Source: Tubulanus polymorphus
Lineage: Eukaryota > Animalia > Nemertea
Direction of reading: 5' to 3'
DNA length: 64,000 nucleotides
NCBI RefSeq assembly: GCF_964204645.1
Contig: NC_134036.1
Span: 9,403,859-9,467,858 of the forward strand
Shown: positions 26,085 to 37,519 of the stretch, piece by piece
Position numbering within the stretch: position 1 is the stretch's first letter
How the letters are laid out: the number at the start of each line of letters is the position of its first letter
Position numbers and translations under genes: made by a program
The notes under the pieces: model-generated
The model's database searches: none
What the model saw: only the letters and a program-made list of their open reading frames with translations
Told to the model about the DNA's origin: nothing

Positions 26085-26343
26085 ATTTACATTTATCATT
26101 AATTAAAGAGGATTACAATGAATCCATTAGATTGTTAAACTGTTTAAGTATTAAATTGCGTAGATTGTATATTCATAAACTAAATGATAAATCACGAATA
26201 AGACTGTTAAATTAGCTGAAATGTATGAACTATTAGTTAATCAAAAAGGGGGTTTTAGGTATCAATGTATTTGATACGTATTAAATACGTATCAATGTAT
26301 TAGATACGTATCAAATACGTATTAATGGTATTAAATACGTATT
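26085..26343 (+). repeat. 259-bp direct repeat, right copy
   Basis: Near-identical to 21168-21426. Confidence 0.95.
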
Positions 26344-26889
26344 AATGAATTAAATACATATTATGCGCAAAGAAATTCATTGAATTATGGAACAATGACC
26401 CAAATAATGAACAATACATTGAATCTTCATTAAGTGGTTGAGAAATTACATAAATCTGTGAAGATATATAATATTTCAAATAATACCCCCTATGTATTTA
26501 TTGCCTTTAGTAGTTTAAGTACATAAGGAATAAATATTTATTTTATTAGTACTTAGATTTTTATTTTTCAACTACTAATGATATAAAGATTTATTCTTTA
26601 TGTACTATAAGTACTAAAGACATAAAGACACAGGGGGTCTTAATTGAAATAAACCCTATATCTTCACAGATTTATCAGATTATATATTTTTAACTAATAT
26701 AATCTATATTTCAACATTGGAAAGGTACAATTTATTTCGACCTTTGATCTAGAACAACAAATTCCCTATTACTTGCCCTTACTCCAAACAACATCTAGCT
26801 TTCAAGGTAAACCACGCTTTGCCCATGGGCAATTTATTTCGATTGTAATTCAGTAGTATGCTAACCGGCAAATTACCGGCCACTTGGGC

Positions 26890-27067
26890 ATGGTAAAAGT
26901 ACCGTATCTCGTTATTCTCGGTGTCATTTCCCCTAACCTTGGTACATTAGTACTTTTCCCGTAGTATCCCATGTGGATCAACATAGCCATGTTATCAGCT
27001 GACCCTTAGGTGGCGCTCCTTACCCAGCAAGGCAGAAACCCGTTATCGCTGCTTTGCAGCTATATTT
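26890..27067 (+). mobile_element. 3' fragment of HINE
   Basis: Aligns with 19991-20251; ends GGCAGAAACCCGTTATCGCTGCTTTGCAGCTATATTT. Confidence 0.75.
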
Positions 27068-28879
27068 GTCATAATAATGTTCATATGAAATAACAACATA
27101 GATAAGCCTGTGTTTTGGTTGTGTAACCAAACGAAGGTCGAAACTATAGTACAAGCGAAGATGTATCAAGCGGGGCTCCACACACTCCTTCGTGAACTAT
27201 GTAACGTTGCGTACATAGTTCACGCAGGGATTTAGGTAAATTTCTTGGATGTTCCTATGAATTAGGCGTTATGCGTTTTCCAAATCGGTATTTTTATAAG
27301 GCGTTTTTCGAATACCAATTTCTGACACCGTTATCACATTTTCTAATCGTGTATCTAGTGTTTCAACGTGTTAACCAGCATACCGGGGGACCTCTTTGAA
27401 CATATGAAACATTTTGAAACACCGTATTGATTTTTTTGCCACGAATGTCATTCATACATTTCAACTCATAAACTTTCGGAGGATTTTATCAAAGAAAAAG
27501 TCTTAAAGCCTTCAAATGATCGCACACGCGCCATCGGCTCCGCTCGTGCTTGAAATGGAAATTATAGTTATCGTACGATGATGAGTGATCGAAAATAAAA
27601 TATGAAATCTCAATCATTCGATTCTCTCAAAGAAATGCATTGGAAAGGTGGATTGGAAATAAACTGAATTGTTTATAACCTCATTTCACATGTTGCCTTT
27701 CCCTGAACGTAACTACACTAACTATGATCGCTGGGTCGTGGGTATTCACGGAAAACTATCCGTGACTAATGCTTATCGTTACGGACAACTTATCAGTGAT
27801 TCGATATTTAACCATCAAATTAATCATTTACCTTCTTCAGAATGTACAAAACCCTGCTCATCGTCTTGGCCTTGTTTATGGCCATTGGAGCCATCGCTGT
27901 CGAAGGTAATTTATTTGGTTTATTTGGTTCGAGATTTGTAGTTTGGTTTCGTTATTAACAAATTCCCAATTTCTAAATCATAGAAGTTGAAATTGAAAGG
28001 AGAGGATTGCCATGTTTCTGTAACGGTAAATTCGGTTCCTACTGGCTGATTGGTGGACCCCTTAGTGGATGTTGCTCACGATTGATGGGAAGATGTTGTC
28101 CTCACGAACCATCATCTGATAATTTCGATGTTGTATCACAATGTTAATCATTCATAAGCTCGAATAAAGAGTTAACACAATAAAAAGTAATTTCATCATA
28201 TCCTTAGCTCCGTAGCTCCATATTCAGTTTGAATATAGAGTTTAGAATAGTTCATTTCAGATATTTTTTTTAAATCATACATCCGGATATCAAGCAAGTA
28301 AATGTGCAACTTGATCCATACCTCAAACAGACGAGCAGGAAATCAGAAATCAGTGCTCTGTGGTATCGGGTGATCACTTGGGAAAAAAGAACGACTACTA
28401 GCAGCAATCAGAATGAGAGAACAGGGAGTCTGGTGATGTTGTGAATGTTCATGCATGATAAAGAACCAGTGAAACAGGAGCGAATAATATAATCTGCTTT
28501 TTTCGATGCGAACCACCATGTCGATCTCGACCGTCACCTGCTGCCATATACGTCCTGCATGCCAAAACAAAAACATCGATCTTAGCCGCTAAAAATAAGC
28601 CTTGATATTTATTTTGATAGACGTCTGCAATGAAATAAAAATTGCCAGGTCTCGCTTCGGGAGCGGTCATCTAAGTTCCAGCTTCTGCAAATACCCTTAC
28701 GGTGCAGGGTTTTTTCCACAATCGATTTTCATTCCCTTAAAATCTAAAAGCCAGTACCCTCCAAATTTGAACAAACATTGATTAGTTAATTTTCTACTGT
28801 ACGATAGCGTCTGTATGTTCATGTGTATTTTCAATATATCTCCTGTATTGGGCGATAACCATTTATCGCTTATTCAACG

Positions 28880-29476
28880 TGCATCATAAAAAATTCAGTT
28901 ACGATAGGATAAAGATTTACCGACCGATGTAAATTTAGTTTTACTCGCCGTGTTTGGCGAAGTTTTGCAAGTCGCTGAAAACAGAGACATTACCATTGAT
29001 TTTTAAAGGCGTTCGATTTTTTAAAGTTCATTTTTATCATGTTATACACTAATCAGATTTTAGAATTAATGAAAAATGACGAATGTATAAAACCTCGATT
29101 TAAAGGCGTTTTTCCATGCGATATGATGCGTGCGGTAAATGGTTTGAAACCCTATGGTTTCATTGTAAATAACGATAATTCGTACGAACCGGGTACTCAT
29201 TGGTTAAGCAAATTTCTAGACGGATCTAAAATTGGATTTTGGCAAAACGCCGAATTTTTATAATGAAATCTTAACGAATTATATGCACGAAAATTGTAAA
29301 TCTATCCAATATCAAAATGTTTTGTCTGATACTTTGGTTATTACGCGATGTTTGTACAACTATTATTACGTCACGGAATGGATTTGAATGAAATTGAAAA
29401 GTATTTTTCGAAAAATACCAAGGAAAATGACGAGATTGTTACAGACGATAATGTAAATTATTTCAAACTGATGTAA
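28880..29476 (+). pseudogene. Polinton relic: major capsid protein C-tail followed by frameshifted adenain-like cysteine protease
   Basis: DLPTDVNLVLLAVFGEVLQVAENRDITIDF* then MLYTNQI..FKGVFPCD..FIVNNDNSYEPGTHW..YQNVLSD..GYYA. Confidence 0.75.
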
Positions 29477-29799
29477 TGGAATAAAACATAAAGTTTTTGT
29501 TTTTTACACTTACCTAGGACTTGATTGTAGACTTAGTTGAAGATGATTTAAATGACGCGTCTTGGTTGTACTTGTGCGTATTTTGCTCTCGAAATATCGA
29601 CGATATACTAGTTCTGACGCGTAATATTTATCAATGACTTGTGGAATGGAATTATTTTGAAAAAAAAGAAGTAAAAAAAGAAATTTTTTGAAGAAAAAGC
29701 AAAGCGAGGCTAGGCAACGGTCCGACTCTTTCTTGGAATTTTAGGTTGGTCTTGAAAAAGACAGTTTTTCTTCGTACACATCAGATATTAAAATATATA

Positions 29800-30725
29800 C
29801 GCGTTCTGAATCATATACGTCGGGATTGAACGACATTGTTCCGACGGCAGTGGATCGCGGTCATCTCTTCGGCAATACGGACATTCGTAATCTCGTGCGT
29901 TCTATAAGCGTTCTATACACTAAACGTAGATCTGCTTTCCGCAGCATGATGTCGGTGTGTCCACGCACACCTCCAAACACACACGGCACGTAAGGTCGAG
30001 AAAAGACCCACAAAATGTACACTGGTCGTGCTGCGTGTGGTCAACTCTTTGGTTACCATATGTCATCATAAACTTTACTAACTCGTAACTAACAACGAAC
30101 AAATATCCTGACGTAAATGTGCTTGATTTGTTTCATAACATCATCTTAATATTTGCAAAGAAGTTGGATTCCTTGATCACCTTAGAAAAATCATTTTTTG
30201 ATTGCAGCGAAATAGAATTAAGCGAAATAATGATGATTAGTTTCGACTGTGAACCAGGATATGGAGTTTGTCACGGTTATTGTAGACTGGTCTTACATAT
30301 TTCGGACATAAAACTGACGAAATGCTGTAAGAAAGGTATTTGTTCGGTATGTTGGAAGATAACAGTTAAAAAGTGTGAACCTAACTCAAAGAATTTCAAC
30401 TGCCCGATGGAAGATAGTTATGCTATTCATAACTTGACGCGTAGGATCCGAACAACAATGTGTCGGCGCTGTAAAAGTTGGAAGTCGCCTGACGTTCATC
30501 AGTCCTGTATTGCCGGAACATTTTGTAGAAAATGCAAAGGTGACCTCGAAACCATCTGATTTACAGATGTGTTTTAAGTGTTTATCGCGTGTTTGCAGCG
30601 TTAAATTGTGCGTGATATGTATGGAACATTGCAAAACTGAGAGATATTGTGGATGCGTTATTCACGATGTGTGTGTCAAGGCGTTCAGCAACAATCGTAA
30701 CAAATGCATGAAATGTAAAAAATAG
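29800..30725. pseudogene. Cys-rich RING/zinc-finger ORF fragments of the Polinton relic, both strands
   Basis: Minus: CRVCLEVC..SCCGKQI..C..ECPYCR; plus: TKCCKKGICSVC..CP, CVICMEHC..CGCVIHDVC..CMKC. Confidence 0.55.
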
Positions 30726-31040
30726 AACGCTATTCCTATATTACATATATATCTTGGTTTGAAATAAATAACATTGTTTGAAATATATAACTGTCGTTAA
30801 TTGGTATTGTTTAATCTATTCGAACGCGTATTATCGCATGAGTAATCGGGTAACAGCTGTCGGGAGCATCCACCGCAATTTTTGAATCATAGGGGTCACG
30901 TGACCACCGCCATCTTGGACGGACGCCATCTTGGATCACATGACCGCCGCCATCTTGGATTAACCACAACCACAATTTAACCACGGGCCTATAGTACCCC
31001 ACCATCGCTACTGCGATTTGATGAAGCTTTACCGCATAAC

Positions 31041-31574
31041 GTGAATTCGATTGTTTACGCCGTTTTCCACGAATTACTACAAGTAACTAAAGAACGTCAT
31101 ATAGAGACCATGTTGTACACAAACCAAATTTTAGAATTTATGAAAAAAGACGAATGTCTGAAAGCGTTTTTCTTTGGTGTTTACCCATGCGACAGACTAC
31201 CGAATATAACGAGCTATCCTGCTGGTTTTATAGTAAACACTGATAATCACGACGAGCCTGGCGAACACTGGTTAGCTATATATATAAACGGATACGGAAT
31301 TGGTTATCTTTTTTATTCCTTCAGGCAATTACCCCGAACTTATGATATAATATTAGAAAAATACTTGGATGAAAATTGTATAGACTGGAAATATAATAAT
31401 AAGATGTATCAAAATGTATTATCCGATGTATGCGGTTATTACGCTATATTTGTACTATTACACCTATGTCACGGTAACGATGTACGCGATATTACAAAAC
31501 TATTGTCAAACAAAACTACTGATAATGATAATTTTGTAAAAAAATTTATCGTGAAATATTTTAAACTTCTATAA
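31041..31574 (+). CDS. Polinton/adenovirus-type maturation cysteine protease, in frame with upstream capsid C-tail (likely start Met 31110)
   Basis: FFGVYPCDRLP..FIVNTDNHDEPGEHWLAIY..FYSFR..YQNVLSDVCGYYA; catalytic H and C present, conserved FDS reads FYS; upstream in-frame LRFDEALPHNVNSIVYAVF. Confidence 0.85.
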   Translation: MNSIVYAVFHELLQVTKERHIETMLYTNQILEFMKKDECLKAFFFGVYPCDRLPNITSYPAGFIVNTDNHDEPGEHWLAIYINGYGIGYLFYSFRQLPRTYDIILEKYLDENCIDWKYNNKMYQNVLSDVCGYYAIFVLLHLCHGNDVRDITKLLSNKTTDNDNFVKKFIVKYFKLL

Positions 31575-31599
31575 TGAACTATTATGTATATGAATTTAG

Positions 31600-32140
31600 T
31601 CGTTTTTAAATTATATTTCTACAATCACACCGAGGAAAAAAAGTTTTGTTAAAACTTGGAGAAAAACTGAAGCAAAAAGCGAGGCGAGGCGTTTTAACAC
31701 TGGCTCTTTCTTGGAAATTGAAGTAGTTCTAAAAAGAACTGTTTGGAGTGGGGGTTGCCTGTGTCGTCGTCGTCGTCGCGGTCATCATTTTCCTCGTCGT
31801 CATTAATTATCATCGGCGCTGCAACTATTGTTGTTGTCGTCGCCAATTGGCCCTCTCTATCCGGTTACGTACCGTTCGTCTATGCCGATTCATAACACGG
31901 ATCCAATAAATCACGTTTCGACAGAACGGGCAATGTATCACATTTTCCGCATTCTCGCGGCCCAAGTCCAAGCCGGTGCAGATTAGCCTTGCTCTGCAAT
32001 TATTGCATAGTGGATGCCGATATTGGCATCGCTCGCACAGCAGTCAGGCCCGCTGTCCGGAAAATAGACAAATGTCGCACTCCAATACTGCTTCGATATC
32101 GTCCGGGATGACCATCCATCTTCCACCGTTGTTAGTCATT
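31600..32140 (-). pseudogene. Decayed Cys-rich (RING-like) ORF convergent with the protease
   Basis: CDICLF..CERC..HPLCNNC..CGKC, acidic tract; 3' part similar to 29690-29770. Confidence 0.45.
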
Positions 32141-32571
32141 TTTGGTTATGGATTTCGAGATCTTCTGACGAGTATTTTATACGCAATAGCTACTTTACGT
32201 GGCAGGTGTTTTGCAGTGGACGAATCATAACTACTTAATTATCTTTTCGGTTTGGTTTCTAAATTACTTAATTGCGTAATTTTCATACTGCCCCCATTCC
32301 GTTACATATGGGGGGGGGGGGGGGTACTGACCAGATATTTTAGATGGCAGATGGTAACGACGGGTCAATGGTTTATGTTGCTCAATTACTTAATTACATT
32401 CTTTGATGATTGTATCCAGGGTCTGTGAAACGACCAAAATGCTAGATTATTATAGAGTAAATCCGAATAAAATGAGGCAGATATAAAATATTATATCCGT
32501 TGCAAGTTTATTATGTATTAAACATTTTAATAAGCTCTTATATAAATATTATCTAATTATTATCTGTGAAA

Positions 32572-33600
32572 TTATACTTGGGTTATCATTATCCCGTATT
32601 CGAGTGCTTTTCTAACCCCACTTGTGTCTTTTGCGCAGTACGGACACCTGTATTGCTGATTCGAGTGACTCGAATCATACCAGCACGGTCTAATATTAGC
32701 CAGTTCGGATATATCTTCTGTAAAATTAATGTCTTTTAATTTTTTCCATTGTTCCAATGTTAGTTTAACGCCGCATCTAGTCGGATTAACGTCGACAAAG
32801 CTCATCGTGTAGATCGTATTTTTGGATATCTACGTAAATACGGTGATCGTGACTAGATCTATATATTTTGATAAAGTCCGAACAACCAACGGTCACCACA
32901 CCCACGTAATCGATGTCTTCTTTAACGCGCGCAATTTCGTGTTCGATATCGGCTTTACAATAATCCATATGTACCCACTCTTGGAGATCCAAAACAATAC
33001 CGTTCTTAGTAGGGTACAGTTCTATTCTTCTTAAATTATCCCGTTAATTAATCAATAACAGTCTACCATCAATTAATCCCATGACTAGTTTATGCTATAA
33101 CATAGAATTTTGCATCCTTCTCATTATCCAAATAGTATCATTCCATCATTCTCAATGTTCCTTCTTTTCATAATTGCATTGCTATTTGCTCCAGGGCCTC
33201 GGCTTGACAATCACTTAATGATTTCCGAGGTCCTGATGATTGTCATGCATTATACATAAACATTTTGTAACAATTATGTATTTATATTTGTATCATGATA
33301 ATCATCAAATAAATCAAATCTAAATCTATATATTCTATATGTTCGAACGACCAACGGTCATCACACCCACGTAATCGATGTATTCTTTAACGCGCGCAAT
33401 TTCGTGTTCGATATCGGCTTTACAATAATCTATATGTACCCACTCTTGGAGATCCAAAGCAATACCGTTTTTAGTGGGGTACAGTTGTTTTCGTCGTTCA
33501 CAGCATTCGAAAGATCGTACATCTACACGTTTTGCCCCCTGCCACGTTTTAGCACTGGCATATACAAGCAATCCTAGATAATGAGGCTCGGGGTCATTGT
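32572..33600 (-). pseudogene. Tandem PC4/Sub1-like ssDNA-binding domain protein, disrupted
   Basis: KTWQGAKRVDVRSF..YPTKNGIALDLQEW and YVDIQKY..PTRCGVKLTLEQWKKL match the PC4 fold signature; C-terminal C..H..CPYC. Confidence 0.75.
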
Positions 33601-34169
33601 TCCAGGTATTCTGTTGAACTTTCGACGGGCCCGTGACTGCGTTGTCATTAACGATTGAACCTATAAAACAATAAGATATTCTATACCGGTATGCGTCTTT
33701 ATAAAAAAACTACGATCTCACATACGGAAAAGAAGTAGAAACTTGGTTTCCATAGACAAGTGGCTGTCCAATATCAATAGTAGATTTTCTGAAAACGGCT
33801 CATAGAATTGAGTTGAAACGTTAAGCTACAAGATAGTTTTTTCTTTTTAAGTAGACACTTACTAAAGTCGAGTTTGTGCGAAGGGCGTTTTCTTTTTCTA
33901 GATTGAGTAGATGACTTTGGTGTACTACATATTTCTAAGGTAGTTTGTCCACTAGTCGAATCCATCATGTATGTTGATACAGGTCGATGTTGATTGTTCA
34001 AAGTCTCTGAGCAGAATGATTAATTTATGGATTTACATCGCGTTTTTATTGTCCGAAAATGACTTGCCTGAACACGATTTACGGTTTCACTTGTTATTGC
34101 GAAATATTTTTCGCCTAAACTCGTTCACGATTTCAGGATAGCTGTTAAAAGACGCCATCTTGGAATTAT

Positions 34170-34215
34170 CACACACGCACACGCACACACACACGCACAC
34201 ACACACACACACACA
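34170..34215. repeat. (CA)n microsatellite in putative Polinton terminal region
   Basis: cacacacgcacacgcacacac... Confidence 0.9.
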
Positions 34216-34660
34216 AAATCTTAAGAAAAAAATCTCTAAGACAACGTCTTAGAAAGTCCTCCCTCACTACTCCTCCTCCCTCCATTGTGGCCCCATAGTG
34301 ACATACCCTAACTACTTCTATTCACGAATGGCAACAAAGCATTAGGATTAGACTTCCTGAATGAGGAGAAAAAAGAAAAAAAAGGATTGCTCATAGGAAG
34401 AAAGTTTTAATTGGATCGAAGTCTTCTCAACAGAAAATAGAAAAAAGTTTTCATATCAGTCAATAATTGATGACTCAAGCGTAGGAAAACAGGAATCGCA
34501 TAAATAGATGAAAGAGCTATGTTGATCACATAATTTGCCAAAGTTTTCAAAACTTGAGCTTCAAACACTTTGTCGTGCGTATAATTGCAAATTTCTCGCT
34601 TGAGATAACATTCGCAAGTTAAATGAAAAACTGAAGGATTCGATAAATCGCGCCGATAGT

Positions 34661-34909
34661 ATGAGAACACCTGATGTGTTTACTAGCGGTGCTGTTCCTT
34701 CGTCAAGTCGTAGAAAGAGAACGAGAAGCAATGAGAACACTTGTCGTGATTGCCAACAAGTTTATCGTGAGGATGAACAGTGGATTCAGTGCAATGTTTG
34801 TAAAAGATGGCTCCATCGTCTCTGTGCGGACATTTTTGATGATGATGATGATGAATGGGAGTATTTGCAGGAGAATGAAGACAAAGAATTTATTTGTAAT
34901 AGTTGTTAA
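34661..34909 (+). pseudogene. PHD finger fragment, probably transposon-borne
   Basis: CRDC..WIQCNVCKRWLHRLC..FICNSC (C4HC3). Confidence 0.75.
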
Positions 34910-35199
34910 AAAGTTGTATGAAAATGACATAGTTTCATAGATTTCATCGATAGATTTTAATTCATTAAGCTTGTGCTGCCCCTATCGTTTAAAATCTGAA
35001 TCACATGTTTGCCACACAAACTAAATGTGGAGGAAAAGAATAATTGATTTATACTCTTAAGTTAAAATGAGTTCATTTTTCAATGAGTTAAATTTAGTTC
35101 ATTTTTGATGAATTCCAATTATTTTCGATGTTTAATTTCTGATTTTCTGAGTCAAATCTGAATTCGTAACTGAGGAACTGGATTCTGTCCTGTGGTCTA

Positions 35200-36400
35200 A
35201 CTTACCTGGTAATTTATTCGTCAAATCATCCAATGCCTTTCTTTTCCTTAAAGGTTTTGAGGAATAAAATGCGAATGGCTGAGATTTGTAATGATTCACA
35301 GCTGGATTTGACTTCTTGGAAACAATGTGTTCAGATAATATGATCGTGTTTTCGGCCTTCGAATTATCAAAATATGTTGGATTGGTCTTGTTTCCATGGT
35401 TGATTCCTCGTTGCTGACAAAAATGATTTTCTACTGAATCGCTGTTAAGCCGACTCGGGTTTATATTGATGTCAGATGTTTTCTTGAATCTGAAAAATTG
35501 TTAACGATGTATATCAATCATAATTATTTCTGAATCAGAACAAGTTTCTTATTTATTTACCTTTCTTTGCACAATGCTAGAAAGCCTAGGATTGAAGAAT
35601 AAAGATCTTGACGACATTCTTTAGTTAGCAACATTTTACTATTTTTTACGTCCGATAGATCCTTCAATTCAAAAACGCTATGTTCCCAGTCTTTGGACCA
35701 ACCAAGCTAAAATATGATTCAGTTGCTCATTACGATTATCCGAGAGTTCATGTATTATTCTTTGGTCGCGAAATATGTTAACTAGTAATGACAACTGTTG
35801 TAAAAGCTCAATAACTCCGTTCAGTTTTTCAGTAGTACGTATAAATCAATAGCACTTGCTTGGTTTGTTGGATAGTGGCAAATGGGAAATCGAAATCAAG
35901 AAAACCCCAAAAATTCAACTTGAAGTACGTACTTTGCAGTTTCTCTCTTGGTGGTTTTCTCCTTTATTCTTTTCAGATTTTGACATTCGTCGCCCATGTC
36001 AACAAAACCAACAAGTTTCAAACAGTAGCCATCATTAACTGTCTGTATGGTTTCTTCAATACCTCGATAACGATTCCACCCTCGTATCCATGTCCAGGTA
36101 TTTTCATCCGTTGTGCCTCTTCTACCATCCATTGCATTTTATCTGAATTGACGCCTGGTTCTTGCGGGACGGCACAGTTTTAATAGTAGTTTCGAAGGAA
36201 GTTTTAAAAAACCCACTTGACCTTAGATCCTCGTATACCTTTGGACTGCGTGACCATATTGATAGACATTGCCGCAAAAAGGATATTCAACGATATGTGG
36301 AAAGAAAATTTCGATTGTTCAAACTGTTTTATTATATCTTTGCAGCTGTACAGATCAACAAACGAATTTCATTAGCTGAATATCACACTGTTACCAGACT
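35200..36400 (-). mobile_element. P-element (THAP9-like) transposase relic
   Basis: Across frameshifts: WSRSPKVYEDLRSSGFLKLPS, WMVEEAQ..GYEGGIVI, KLVGFVDMG, FRFPICHYP, PSRLNSDSVENHFCQQRG..NPTY. Confidence 0.75.
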
Positions 36401-36571
36401 ACACTAAGGTTTCAAATGCTATGACTATGTTGGTTAGGGGATATGGGGGAAGGAACGTAGATTTAATGATTGAAAGGCTGCGGTTCACAGTAACCATTTA
36501 ACGCTTATAACCATGTTCTACTTATAAAAGATGTTAAGTGAATCAAAACGAATTAAATTTGAAATCGGCTG

Positions 36572-37519
36572 TTATTTGATTGACTTTCTACAGCGGATTT
36601 TCATACAGAAATATTCTCGAATTTCTCGTCCCAGCAAAAGATATATGTAGAAATTTACCACATAGTTACACATAACAAATTCTGTAAAAATGCCATATAG
36701 AAATTCTTTCTGTTCCGTAAGGATTGGTAAAAATGCAACAACAGTGGTTGGAAGTGTGAATATTGCAAATGCGAGTGAAACTGTTACAAGCATTATTGTT
36801 GTACGTTTCGATTTTGTATTTTTCTGAACAGACGACACCATTTTTGAACCTCTGAATAACTGAACTATTATAATAGAATTTGATATTAGAATAAACGATA
36901 ATGGAAAAACGAAAACGTAGACACCAAGTGGAGTAAGAAATTTCATTTGTTCAATTAATCTATAGTAACATCCGAAAAACTGGTCGTCAAAATGTATGGA
37001 CAAAACAACGGGAAGTTGAACCAGTGCACTCACTGTATTAATTATCAATATAGTAAATCTAGCAAATCTAGGTGAACATATCAAACGAGAAGTGAACGGA
37101 AAGAGAACAACTGCCGCACGTTCTACAGATACAGCTACCAATAACCATGAACTGCTAGCAGTCGCAACTGCCATCCACATTTCATATATCTTACAACTGA
37201 TCAGTGAATTCATGATGAATATAGGATTGGTGTTTAGATTCAATAAAACAAACTGTAAAACAGGCATCAGTGTAAAATCTATGCAGTACAATAAATCACA
37301 GACTGACAAAATGACAAGATAGTTAGCGTAAGATAAACTGCGGAATTTGCGACTTGTCATTATAAGAAAAGTAGCTGAATTTCCAAAGACTCCAAACAGA
37401 AACACGATAGGCAGAATGACCAACGACACAGTACGGTAAGTTCCAGACCTGTTCTCCACCGACATTAGAACGATGTAACTGTTATACGTTCGACCAATTC
37501 GAATCTTAGTTGAATTCAT
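36572..37519 (-). CDS. Intronless class A (rhodopsin-like) GPCR, peptide-receptor-like
   Basis: 7 hydrophobic segments; GVFGN (TM1), LSVCD (TM2), conserved Cys, SVER (DRY-like), FP (TM5), FAIFTLP (TM6), NYVVNFYIY (NPxxY-like); N-glycosylation sites in the N-terminus. Confidence 0.93.
   Translation of the reverse strand: MNSTKIRIGRTYNSYIVLMSVENRSGTYRTVSLVILPIVFLFGVFGNSATFLIMTSRKFRSLSYANYLVILSVCDLLYCIDFTLMPVLQFVLLNLNTNPIFIMNSLISCKIYEMWMAVATASSSWLLVAVSVERAAVVLFPFTSRLICSPRFARFTILIINTVSALVQLPVVLSIHFDDQFFGCYYRLIEQMKFLTPLGVYVFVFPLSFILISNSIIIVQLFRGSKMVSSVQKNTKSKRTTIMLVTVSLAFAIFTLPTTVVAFLPILTEQKEFLYGIFTEFVMCNYVVNFYIYLLLGREIREYFCMKIRCRKSIK

Noticed and set aside
28260-28680. Possible membrane protein or ligand-gated channel exon on the minus strand
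   Set aside because: Hydrophobic stretches and a PC motif only; frames are broken and there is no diagnostic signature
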